Part shown: positions 46,945 through 55,440 of the stretch, piece by piece | Position numbering within the stretch: the first letter of the stretch is position 1 | Layout of the letters: every line of letters begins with the position of its first letter | NCBI GenBank assembly: GCA_963716415.1 | Contig: OY970311.1 | Coordinates: forward strand, 1,054,931 to 1,118,930 | Source of the DNA: Vulcanimicrobiota bacterium | GTDB lineage: Bacteria; Vulcanimicrobiota; Vulcanimicrobiia; Vulcanimicrobiales; Vulcanimicrobiaceae | Reading direction: 5' to 3' | DNA length: 64,000 nucleotides | Program-made: the position numbers and the translations under genes | The notes under the pieces: generated by a model | The model's database searches: none | Seen by the model: the letters and a program-made list of their open reading frames with translations, nothing else | What the model was told of the DNA's origin: nothing

Positions 46945-48435
46945 CTACGGGAGGCCGCGGGTCGCGCCGCGCGAAGCGTTGCCGCCGGCCAGCGGGTTGG
47001 TGCTTGCCGCACCTTTGCCCGCCTGATGCTGGCCTTGATACGAGCCTTTGTGCGATCCGCCGCTCATCGACGTGACCACTTTATCGCCCGCGGTGAGCGT
47101 AGCGCCGTTGATCGGCGTCACGGCCGCTTGCGTGCTGGTCACGAGGCCAACTTGCACCGGGACGCGCGTGACCTTGCCGTTGCGCTGGACTGCGACCGTC
47201 GCGCTTTCACCCGTCACCACGCTGCTGCTGCCGCTCGTGCTGCCACCCCAAGGACTCGCGGCGTTTGCACTACCCGCGGCGCTCTTGGCGACTTGCGCAT
47301 GCACGGTCGCGAGCGGAACCACCAGCGCGTTGGGTGCGCTTGCGACGACGATCGTCGAGTTGGCCGTCATGCCCGGAAGCAGTTGGCCGGTCGTATTGTT
47401 GACGTCGACCACGACGTCGTAGGTGACGACGTTATTGACGGTCGTTGGGTTGATGCGCACCTGCGTGACCTTACCCGTGAAGATTTGATTGGGATAGGCG
47501 AGCACCGTGAAGTTGACCGTATCACCCTGTTTGACGCCGCCGATGTCCGGTTCGCCGACGTTGATGTCGACTTCCATCTGATCCAGGTTCTGCGCGATCA
47601 GAAACAGGGTTGGCGTTTGCAGCGACGACGCGACGGTTTGACCGATCGAGACGTCACGCGCGATCACCGTGCCGTTCACCGGCGAGGTGATGACGGTGTT
47701 GTTCAGATTGACTTGATCTTGCGCTACCGTTGCAGCGGCTGCTTGCGCCGCCGCCTGCGCGGCATTTGTGCCCGCGCCTTCGGCCTGCGTCTGCGCCTGC
47801 GATTGTGCGTAGGCCGCCTGCGCTTGCGCTACCGCGGTTGCGTCTTGCGCGACCGTCGATTGATCTTGCTGCACGGTTTCTTGCGCGATGTAGCCCTGCT
47901 TGAGCAACGTTTGGTCGCGCGTGAGCTGCTCTTGCGCGACGGTAAGCGCGGCTTGCGCCTTGGGAATCGCGGTTTGCGCGGCCGTTGCGCCGGCTGCTTG
48001 GGCCGTCGTATTCGCGCCGGCTTCGGCTGCTTGCGCTTGCGCCTGGGCAAGATTCGCGTCGGCTTGGTCGAGCTGATCTTGTATCGCGCTCGGGTCGATG
48101 CGCGCGAGCACCTCGCCCTTGGTTACTTTCGAATTGTAGTCGACGTTGAGTTGCGAGATCGTGCCCGAAACCTGCGTGCCGACCGAGATGCTATTCTGCG
48201 GATTGACCGTGCCCGAGGCGGTTACCGACTGCGTGAGTGTTTGCTGCACGACCGGCGTCGTAACGACGTCCACGGCCGACTTTGCGCGCACCACGAGCGT
48301 GCCTGCGACCAGGCCCACGATCACGACGAGCGCCAAGGCAGCGAGCGCCCAGCGCGGCAACCGGCTAAACGCTCGCCCGAGCGCGTTGCTGATTCCCGAA
48401 AACCCCGCTTGCAGCGGGAGCGATTGTGCTGACAT
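46945..48435 (-). CDS. efflux transporter periplasmic adaptor subunit (MacA/HlyD family) with an extended coiled coil
   Basis: TM anchor, barrel-sandwich segment 'GTQVSGTISQLNVDYNSKVTKGEVLARID', and a long AQA-rich hairpin. Confidence 0.8.
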   Translation of the reverse strand: MSAQSLPLQAGFSGISNALGRAFSRLPRWALAALALVVIVGLVAGTLVVRAKSAVDVVTTPVVQQTLTQSVTASGTVNPQNSISVGTQVSGTISQLNVDYNSKVTKGEVLARIDPSAIQDQLDQADANLAQAQAQAAEAGANTTAQAAGATAAQTAIPKAQAALTVAQEQLTRDQTLLKQGYIAQETVQQDQSTVAQDATAVAQAQAAYAQSQAQTQAEGAGTNAAQAAAQAAAATVAQDQVNLNNTVITSPVNGTVIARDVSIGQTVASSLQTPTLFLIAQNLDQMEVDINVGEPDIGGVKQGDTVNFTVLAYPNQIFTGKVTQVRINPTTVNNVVTYDVVVDVNNTTGQLLPGMTANSTIVVASAPNALVVPLATVHAQVAKSAAGSANAASPWGGSTSGSSSVVTGESATVAVQRNGKVTRVPVQVGLVTSTQAAVTPINGATLTAGDKVVTSMSGGSHKGSYQGQHQAGKGAASTNPLAGGNASRGATRGLP

Positions 48436-48541
48436 AATCTGTTCCTCCGCTGTCAGCTTAGTCTGCTGCCCTGACGAAAGATGGTTATTCGGGTTAGTAC
48501 TGCGTGAGAGGTATAATTAAAGCCCAATTAGAGAGGTAAGC

Positions 48542-49223
48542 ATGAACATTGGAATCATCGGCGCCGGAAACATCGGCGGAAACCTGACGCGACGCCTGCG
48601 GGCGCTAGGTCACAACGTGTCGGTGGCAAACTCGCGCGGACCCGAATCGCTGTGGTCGCTCGTGCACGAAACCGGCGCGCAGGCCGTTACCGTTGAGGAC
48701 GCGGTAAAGAACAAAGATCTCATCGTCGTGACGATCCCCGAGAAGAACATCCCGATCGCTACCGAAGGGGCTGTTCGATAACCTCGGACCGAACGTCGTC
48801 GTGATCGATACCGGAAATTACTATCCGCAACAGCGCGACGGGCGCATTGCGGGAATCGAAGACGGTCTCACCGAGAGCGGCTGGGTCGAACAACAGATCG
48901 GTCATCCGGTGATCAAAGCGTTCAATAATATCTACGCCGCGCATCTGCTCAGCAACGCCAAACCCAAAGGCACACCGGGGCGCATTGCGTTGCCGGTTGC
49001 CGGCGACGATCCCAAAGCCAAGGAGATCGTGATGGATCTGGTCGATGCGCTCGGCTTTGATCCCGTCGACGACGGCACGATCGCCGACTCGTGGCGGCAG
49101 CAACCCGGCACGCCGGTCTATGCTGGGGACTTCGATGCAGCCGGCGTGAAGCGCGCCCTCGGCGAGGCGAGCAAGGAACGCAAACCGGAATGGCGCGCAA
49201 AGAGCACGGCTGGGGTATCATAG
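48542..49223 (+). pseudogene. NAD(P)-binding oxidoreductase (NADPH-dependent F420 reductase-like fold), interrupted by a 1-nt frameshift near 48750-48765
   Basis: 'MNIGIIGAGNIGGNL' Rossmann motif in ORF 48542..48781. The family continues as 'LPKGLFDNLGPNVVVIDTGNYYP...' in the +1 frame, joining ORF 48801..49223. Confidence 0.6.
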
Positions 49224-49227
49224 CGGC

Positions 49228-49407
49228 ATGAGTACCGAACGCGAAAACCCGCTTACGCCCAAAGAAGCGGAGTCAATGGGCCGTCAGACCGAGACGCACA
49301 CCCGCGGCGAAAAGATCAGCGATCAAGTCGTCTACGGCGACATCGAGTCGGTTGAAAATGAAGACCAGATGGACGAGCATCACGCCGACGCCGACGACAT
49401 CGTGTAG
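49228..49407 (+). CDS. small acidic hypothetical protein (59 aa, below the ORF-track cutoff)
   Basis: My manual translation: MSTERENPLTPKEAESMGRQTETHTRGEKISDQVVYGDIESVENEDQMDEHHADADDIV. The ATG lies 4 nt after the preceding stop. Confidence 0.3.
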   Translation: MSTERENPLTPKEAESMGRQTETHTRGEKISDQVVYGDIESVENEDQMDEHHADADDIV

Positions 49408-49422
49408 AAGCGGAAAAGAGAA

Positions 49423-49444
49423 GGGCGGGCAAGAGAGCCCGCCC
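49423..49444. terminator. GC-rich hairpin between convergent genes (GGGCGGGC-AAGAGA-GCCCGCCC)
   Basis: Perfect 8-bp stem. There is no clear U-tract, so its function as a terminator is inferred from position. Confidence 0.45.
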
Positions 49445-49453
49445 GTCCGTTAG

Positions 49454-50767
49454 TTACGAAACCACGCGCTTCTGTCTCCGTTCATGTTCGAATAGATGAA
49501 TGAGCGCTTTGTCGTAAAGAGCGCTCCAGACGCCCTTGCGTTTAAGCGCCACAACTGGGCTGCGCTGCGCCGAGATCGCGTCGGTTAAGGCATCGACTAG
49601 GGTCGGCCCGATTTCGTCGAGTAATTTGTACGGATCCTGCGTCCAGCTCGCATCTTCCTCGTCGCTAACGATCGTGCGCAATGCTGCAAGGATTGGCATC
49701 GCCAAACCGTCTGATGAGAGCCGATAGTCCACTTCCCTGTCAAGCGCGGGCTTCACGAGTGGCAGGAAATGGAAACTCGTGCTTCTCGTATTGTCGCATT
49801 CGTTGGTGCGCCGGAAGCGAGGACGCGAGGTACCGGTCTTACCGTCTGTAGCGCTATACCACTTGTCGAAATTCAGCACTATGTACTCTTTGAGCGCAAG
49901 AGCGTCGCAAACTAGGCCCCTGAGGCGCTTGTAGTTTTCGCGTTTTGCCACAAATTGCTTAACCGTCTTCTTTCGACTCCAGTAAGCTACATACGGCTGT
50001 TCCTCGCTGGCGAATTCTCGATTATCGAGGAGCGTCAGCAACTGGAGCACATAGACGATGTCGACCTGCTTCTCGTCCTCGCGGATTTCGTTCTGCTTAA
50101 AGGCTACGAGGTCGCGCATCCCCGGGACCTTGTCGAGCTGCTCCTTGACGAACTCGAACGATTTGGCAAGCTCTTCCAAAGCATATGCTTCGACGTTTAC
50201 CGAGAAGTTGCGAGCCTCGGAGATTTTCGGAATCTCCTCGACTGTGGCCCCGCGAAGAAGCTGAATTGTCACGAACTGGGTTCGCGGCTCCGCGCCGCGC
50301 TGCTTGTCGAACCACTCCTTGGAACCGACGGTCTCGTCAATGATGCGACAGGTGTGAGCCCCGTCGAGGTTCCCATGCAGGAACGGGTCGTCTTCCGTCC
50401 ACGTTAACGTCTCCGTCTTGTTGTCGTAGGAGAAGTTGTTCGCGGTGAACAGCATACCGCGATTTAGTCGATGGAACATTCCATCGCGCCGCAACAACGA
50501 TTCACGAATCGCCTTGGCTACAGGCGTCGAAAGGTTCTGCGTGCGTGGGTTTGGCTCGAGCGAGATTTTAGTGTTGGACGTTCGTGAGACGTTCTCGGCG
50601 CGGAAGGCTTCGGGGCTGTCCGATTCCAGCACGAGGTTGCGGAATTTCTCAACGTCGACGCGCGCCTCCATTACCGCATAGGTTTCAGCCGGGTCTCCAA
50701 AGAGGTCCCGGTCGGAGGTCACTTTCACGGCGTGCGACGGCACGCCAAGGATTGTGTATTTAATCAT
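49454..50767 (-). CDS. AIPR-like abortive-infection family protein (tentative)
   Basis: No enzymatic motif I can name with certainty. 'FLHGNLDGAHTCRII' resembles the NG-QT core of AIPR proteins. The context is an R-M neighbourhood. Confidence 0.4.
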   Translation of the reverse strand: MIKYTILGVPSHAVKVTSDRDLFGDPAETYAVMEARVDVEKFRNLVLESDSPEAFRAENVSRTSNTKISLEPNPRTQNLSTPVAKAIRESLLRRDGMFHRLNRGMLFTANNFSYDNKTETLTWTEDDPFLHGNLDGAHTCRIIDETVGSKEWFDKQRGAEPRTQFVTIQLLRGATVEEIPKISEARNFSVNVEAYALEELAKSFEFVKEQLDKVPGMRDLVAFKQNEIREDEKQVDIVYVLQLLTLLDNREFASEEQPYVAYWSRKKTVKQFVAKRENYKRLRGLVCDALALKEYIVLNFDKWYSATDGKTGTSRPRFRRTNECDNTRSTSFHFLPLVKPALDREVDYRLSSDGLAMPILAALRTIVSDEEDASWTQDPYKLLDEIGPTLVDALTDAISAQRSPVVALKRKGVWSALYDKALIHLFEHERRQKRVVS

Positions 50768-50960
50768 TTCTCTTCCCTTTATGCCGGCCAGGTGTCCCTA
50801 AGCCGGTGGTGGATATCGACCCGACCTTCCGGTGCGAGCCGTCCCGCCAAATGGCGGGCGTGATGGTTACGACGTGGCGGGCGATCCCCTGCCTCGTCCC
50901 TCTTACTATACCCCAACGCGCAGAAAGGTTTCAAGCGCCGCGGGATTACATCGACAGGGG

Positions 50961-52439
50961 ATGGGCGCCACACGCATCAGCGCGGCTATGCTCTACGACT
51001 ACGTCTCGTGCGAGCATCGGCCGTGGATGGACCTCTACGCCGACTACGGCGACCGCGATGATGTCAGCCCGTTTCTCGAGCTGCTATGGCGAAGGCAGCG
51101 AGCACACGAAGAGGATGCGATCGCGGGCGAAGAGGTCATCCGCCTCGACGAACTCGAGAACAACGACGCTCGTGCTACTAAAACGCTCGAAGCTATGCGC
51201 GCCAACGTTGCGCTGATCTTCCACGGGCGTATCGAATCTGACGACCTCGCCGGCGAACCCGATCTACTGAGACTGGAGAACGGCAAATACCTACCGGGCG
51301 ACATCAAAGCCGGGGCTGGCGAAGAAGGCGACGGTGAAGACCGCCGGCCGAAGAAGCGCTACGCTGTGCAATTGGCACTCTATGTCGACGTTCTCGAACG
51401 GCTTGGTTTTTCGGATGGCAAGCGCCGCGCGTTCGTCTGGGACGTCAACGACGAAGATGTTCCGTACGACCTAATGGCAGCGAAAGGGCCACGCACACCC
51501 GGCTCTCTTTGGGACGACTACGAAGAAGCACTACGCGCGGTACGCGAGATCGTCGCTGGCACGCGCAATCCTGGACCTGCGTATCACGGCGAATGTAAGC
51601 ACTGTATGTGGTACGACGCATGCATGCGGCGACTAGAAGAACTGGACGACTTGACGCTGCTCCCGGGACTCGGCAGGTCGCGCCGCGATGGACTCATCGA
51701 GCACGCGAACACAATCGCCGCCCTGGCGACGCTCGTTCCAGACTCGCTCTTGGATGAAAAGGGGAGGAGTCGTGTAAAGGGGACCGGTCCCGATATGATT
51801 CTCCGATTTCGCGAACGTGCGGTGTTGAGGCATACTCACGGCACCCCGTATCTCCGGGAGGAGCTTAATCTACCTGAAGCGGAGACGGAACTCTTTTTCG
51901 ACATCGAGACGGACCCAGGACGCAATCTCTGCTATCTGCACGGATTCAGCGAACGCCGAGACGGCGAAGAGAAGTACGTCGGCTTCTTCACGACTGCGCC
52001 CACTCCTGATGCGGAACGCGAATCGTTCGCAGAAGCGGTCGCCTACGTCCGCTCGAAGATGCCATCGGTAATGTATATCTACTCGAAGTACGAGCGCACG
52101 TGGTGGCGCGCTCTTCAGGAGCGCTATCCAGAAGTTTGTACTCGAGCAGAGATCGATGAAATGTTCGACGAGTCTCGAACCGTCGATTTGCTGGCGGTCG
52201 TTCAATCATCGACGGAATGGCCTACGAAAGATCACACGATCAAGGCGCTTGCGCGCTATCTCGGCTTCGAGTGGCGCGACACGCATCCGTCTGGCTTCGC
52301 CTCGATCGAGTGGTACGACCGCTATGTTGCCGGTGACGTTGAGGCGAAGGCCCGCATCCTGGAGTACAACGAGGACGACTGCGTAGCCACGCGCGTGCTG
52401 CTCGACGGAATCCGCGGCCTCAAGATACGCGAGCCGTGA
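50961..52439 (+). CDS. TM0106-family RecB-like nuclease: Cas4-type PD-(D/E)xK + 4-Cys cluster, HhH, RNase H-like exonuclease
   Basis: 'YDYVSCEHRPW', 'GEPDLLRL..GDIKAG', 'QLALY', 'ECKHCMWYDAC', 'LTLLPGLGRSRRDGL', 'LFFDIETDP...YLHGF', 'YNEDDCVATRVLLD'. ATG at 50961 with AGGGG upstream. Confidence 0.65.
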   Translation: MGATRISAAMLYDYVSCEHRPWMDLYADYGDRDDVSPFLELLWRRQRAHEEDAIAGEEVIRLDELENNDARATKTLEAMRANVALIFHGRIESDDLAGEPDLLRLENGKYLPGDIKAGAGEEGDGEDRRPKKRYAVQLALYVDVLERLGFSDGKRRAFVWDVNDEDVPYDLMAAKGPRTPGSLWDDYEEALRAVREIVAGTRNPGPAYHGECKHCMWYDACMRRLEELDDLTLLPGLGRSRRDGLIEHANTIAALATLVPDSLLDEKGRSRVKGTGPDMILRFRERAVLRHTHGTPYLREELNLPEAETELFFDIETDPGRNLCYLHGFSERRDGEEKYVGFFTTAPTPDAERESFAEAVAYVRSKMPSVMYIYSKYERTWWRALQERYPEVCTRAEIDEMFDESRTVDLLAVVQSSTEWPTKDHTIKALARYLGFEWRDTHPSGFASIEWYDRYVAGDVEAKARILEYNEDDCVATRVLLDGIRGLKIREP

Positions 52440-52453
52440 GCCTCGAACCAATA

Positions 52454-52481
52454 CCGATGGGCAGTTCTCACCCTCCATCGG
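52454..52481. promoter_or_regulatory. inverted repeat CCGATGG-N14-CCATCGG between the nuclease gene and the HTH gene
   Basis: Perfect 7-bp arms. It could be a terminator hairpin or a C-box-like operator. Confidence 0.3.
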
Positions 52482-52535
52482 GGTCTGCCAGGTCGGGCGC
52501 ACAAAGGCCAACGAAGATGCCGCCCGGAGGGACCG

Positions 52536-52760
52536 GTGACTGACGTGGCGGATCGAGGTCCGATGAGCAATTTCGACCCTGCCCGCCTCGCGGAAATACG
52601 CAAGTCCAAGGGGATGACCCAGCGTGAGCTTGCCCGGACCGCAGGCGTCTCGCAGGCACTCGTGGCGGAACTCGAGCGTGGCAAGCATCCGCCGTCCTCG
52701 AACTCGTTGGCAAAACTCGCCTCAGCGCTAGCGGTCAGAGAGGCTGACTTCGCAAAGTAG
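52536..52760 (+). CDS. XRE family HTH protein (controller C-protein candidate)
   Basis: 'LAEIRKSKGMTQRELARTAGVSQALVAELERGKHPPSSNSLAKLASAL'. Its stop abuts the next ATG (TAGATG). Confidence 0.7.
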   Translation: MTDVADRGPMSNFDPARLAEIRKSKGMTQRELARTAGVSQALVAELERGKHPPSSNSLAKLASALAVREADFAK

Positions 52761-53798
52761 ATGCCAAAGACCGAAAAGACGCAGGTTTTCGATCATCTCT
52801 TCCGGTGGCGATACGACCCCGAAGGTAACAAATCGCTTCGATGGGACGAAGCGACGCAAACCATCCCCGAAGACCGTCGTCTCGTGTATGCGCATGAAGT
52901 GCTCTTTGCCATAAGAGATACTGGCGCAAAACTAGGCAACAACCAGGCGGCAAATTTTACGAAGGATTTTCTTCGGAAAGAATCGCGGAACGCGAACTGG
53001 CCAGAAAGACTAGCGCAGCTGCGATGGACAATCGAGCAGGTTACGGGCAAAGACGACGCAACACAGCTGCCGCGCAACTTCATCTTCAAACGGTACGAGG
53101 AACGGGACGACGTCCCATTTCCGGACAGATGGCCCACACCCGACGATGCACAGCAGCATGAGATACAATCCGTCACTCTCTCCGTTGCATCGAAGCAGAT
53201 CGAGCGCATGGACGAAGCCCGCATGATGCAGATCGCCGTGGATCTGCGCGTCGTGGAGACGCACTTTGCTCTTTATTCGCCGCTCTCGACGGAAGAATAC
53301 AAAATCGTGCATATGGACCACCTTCAGATGGGCCTGAAGCTGCGCGGCTCCGAAATCGACGGATTGTATCTAGCAGAATTCCAAGATGAGAGCGGCGTTC
53401 GGCATCCTGTCCTGATCACCGTTGAAGCTAAGAAGCACGACGAATTCGTAAATGGTTCGCAAGTGGTCGCACAGGTCGAGGACGCCTCTGCGCTAGGAGT
53501 TGGTGCTGAACAAATCATTCCGATAGCCATAAAACATCGCGATGGAGGCATGTATATTTTCGAGTTTGCCCCGTACGATGTTCCGAATGGCAAGCGCTTC
53601 GACAAGGATTCTCTAGACGCGACCTCGCTCAAACTGACAGCGGCAGTCTTTTACGAAATCAAGCCACAGATCGTTGGATTTTCGGTGAAGGCGCGTCGAC
53701 CGAAGACCGCTACACGCAAGAATGGCCGTCTCGTTTTGATCGAGGCGGAGCCGGATCCCGACCTTCTGAAAGACGACGAAGACGACGATGGCGACTAA
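52761..53798 (+). CDS. candidate type II restriction endonuclease (PD-(D/E)xK-like motif), acidic C-terminal tail
   Basis: 'EIDGLYLAEFQDESGVRHPVLITVEAKKHDE' fits D-x22-E-x-K. It follows an HTH gene and converges on the methyltransferase operon. I recognise no family. Confidence 0.4.
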   Translation: MPKTEKTQVFDHLFRWRYDPEGNKSLRWDEATQTIPEDRRLVYAHEVLFAIRDTGAKLGNNQAANFTKDFLRKESRNANWPERLAQLRWTIEQVTGKDDATQLPRNFIFKRYEERDDVPFPDRWPTPDDAQQHEIQSVTLSVASKQIERMDEARMMQIAVDLRVVETHFALYSPLSTEEYKIVHMDHLQMGLKLRGSEIDGLYLAEFQDESGVRHPVLITVEAKKHDEFVNGSQVVAQVEDASALGVGAEQIIPIAIKHRDGGMYIFEFAPYDVPNGKRFDKDSLDATSLKLTAAVFYEIKPQIVGFSVKARRPKTATRKNGRLVLIEAEPDPDLLKDDEDDDGD

Positions 53799-54514
53799 CG
53801 GCGTTTCGTGAGCGCCACGCCAAAGCGGGGACAAAAATCCTCGAATGGACACTCAGCGCAGAGTGGCCTCGCAACGCAGATGGCGGCCCCGATGTCGAGC
53901 AATCCAAAGTTGGTCTCTCGCGCGTCGTCACTCGCGCCTGCTATCGCGTCGGCAATGCGCTGAAAGATAACCGCTCGCGGATCCTTAGTGCGAATTCGGA
54001 AGACACGCCGAATGATCCGCGCTACGTTGGCATCGACAATCCCGACTTTCTCACCACGACCGAAGCTTGCTATCGCCCGCGCGGCATATGCTCCGAGTCC
54101 TGGGACATCCCGAAACAAGATCCGCCAATCCTCGAAAATCGCGCTCCTAGAATTCGCCGCTATCTTCGACATCGCGATCAGTTGGCTCGTGCGCTTCTTG
54201 GACAATCCGAGGGGTCCAAGCACCTCTTCGATATCGCGCACATTTGCAGCCGCCATCGCGTCTGCGCAGGGGTAATCGAGTATAAGCGCGCTGTAAGTCG
54301 GGGCGGCAGTAGTCGCACGTGTCTTCTGGAGAAGAATCTCCGCGACGGCGAGACGGAAGGGATCGCGCTCCGTGCGCCACGGGAATTTGCGCCCCGCGCG
54401 CCTGAAATACGCTGCGGATTGCGATGCTACTTCGCGCGCCAGCTCCTTTCTCGGCCGACTAAGCCCTCTGGCGTGGCGTCGCGCGACTGCTATTTTCGCG
54501 GCGAGTACTCCTAT
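53795..54514 (-). CDS. HhH-GPD superfamily DNA glycosylase with 4Fe-4S loop (Mig/MutY/Nth-like); no canonical start codon for the full domain
   Basis: 'FPWRTERDPFRLAVAEILLQKTRA', 'VPGLGAYAARAI', 'VDANVARIIRRVF', 'CVARPLCAECPFEDFC'. The frame is open from 54514, but the first ATG/GTG/TTG is at 54256. Confidence 0.7.
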   Translation of the reverse strand: MGVLAAKIAVARRHARGLSRPRKELAREVASQSAAYFRRAGRKFPWRTERDPFRLAVAEILLQKTRATTAAPTYSALILDYPCADAMAAANVRDIEEVLGPLGLSKKRTSQLIAMSKIAANSRSAIFEDWRILFRDVPGLGAYAARAIASFGRGEKVGIVDANVARIIRRVFRIRTKDPRAVIFQRIADAIAGASDDARETNFGLLDIGAAICVARPLCAECPFEDFCPRFGVALTKRR

Positions 54515-55440
54515 TTAACGAGACGTCTTCTCGATTTTGGAATTCTTGCGACATCTGCACCGAAATGTCGCGCTGCACCGAGCCGGTCGAAAGCCAAGAG
54601 AGCCGGGTCTCCAAGACGGATTGCCTTCGTTGGCTTCGCTGGCTCAAGGTCGAGCGCACGAACGATGCATTGTGCAATTGCGCGTCCAAACAAGGGCGGC
54701 ACAGCATTGCCGATACTTCGAAACCCGTTCCATTTCGTTCGATGAAGGCGAAACCAATCGGGGAAGGAGTGCAGGCGCGCGGCTTCGCGCACTGAGATCA
54801 CGCGCGGCAGCGTCGGGTGCAGTGGTCGAGGTGAAGTGTAGGCGCCTCGTTCGCTACCAGTGCCTGCGCGCAATGTGTTGCAGAGGCCTCCGCGGTCTAG
54901 CCGGTAGAATCGAGAGATCTTCTCTGTTTCGCCTTCCTTCGTACGTCTGAACCGACCAATCGACTCGCGGGTGTGCTCCGTTCGCATCGAAGAAGTCAAA
55001 ACGGATGGATCCCATTTTCTGGGATGGGACAGGTCCTCCGGATCTTCGAGTTCACTCCGCAACCGACGTGCATAGTCCGACATAGCTCCGTGCATTCTTC
55101 TGTGCTCGGTCTTGGTGAGTCTCACTTCGTCAGTCGTGCTTAGCACCTCGAACTCATCTAGATCCGGAATGTCGCCGATCGCGTCCCACACAGTGGGACC
55201 CGCTGGCAGCTCTTCCAGAGGTAGGGTTAGAGCGAGTTGCTTTTTGCCTGAGCGTTTGGCTGCGCGCCTCACCACCGGAGTTGGATAGTGCGCGATATTT
55301 TCGCCGTTAAGAGCCCCGATAAGTATTAACCGTCGGCGATCCTGAGGTACGCCGAAATCCGCGGCGCTCAAAATTGCCTGCTTACGAACGTCAGCCATCT
55401 GAACCGCAATCGTATAGCCGTGCTTGCGGAACCGGTCCAT
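54511..55440 (-). CDS. DNA (cytosine-5)-methyltransferase, C-terminal part (motif VIII, TRD, motifs IX-X)
   Basis: 'AADFGVPQDRRRLILIG', 'VREAARLHSFPDWF', 'RSIGNAVPPLFGRAIA'. Its ATG overlaps the preceding stop as TGATG. Confidence 0.85.
   Translation of the reverse strand: MDRFRKHGYTIAVQMADVRKQAILSAADFGVPQDRRRLILIGALNGENIAHYPTPVVRRAAKRSGKKQLALTLPLEELPAGPTVWDAIGDIPDLDEFEVLSTTDEVRLTKTEHRRMHGAMSDYARRLRSELEDPEDLSHPRKWDPSVLTSSMRTEHTRESIGRFRRTKEGETEKISRFYRLDRGGLCNTLRAGTGSERGAYTSPRPLHPTLPRVISVREAARLHSFPDWFRLHRTKWNGFRSIGNAVPPLFGRAIAQCIVRALDLEPAKPTKAIRLGDPALLAFDRLGAARHFGADVARIPKSRRRLVK

Noticed and set aside
48491-48517. Full sigma70 promoter upstream of 48542 (TATAAT at 48512-48517)
   Set aside because: The -10 is perfect, but I could not find a -35 at acceptable spacing (TTAGTA at 12 nt, TTATTC at 21 nt). 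It is mentioned only within the frameshift finding.
49408-49453. Island boundaries as att sites, a tRNA target or integrase-mediated insertion (also 56613..56624)
   Set aside because: I could find no tRNA-like sequence, direct repeats or recombinase gene by eye. The island call therefore rests on composition and gene content only.
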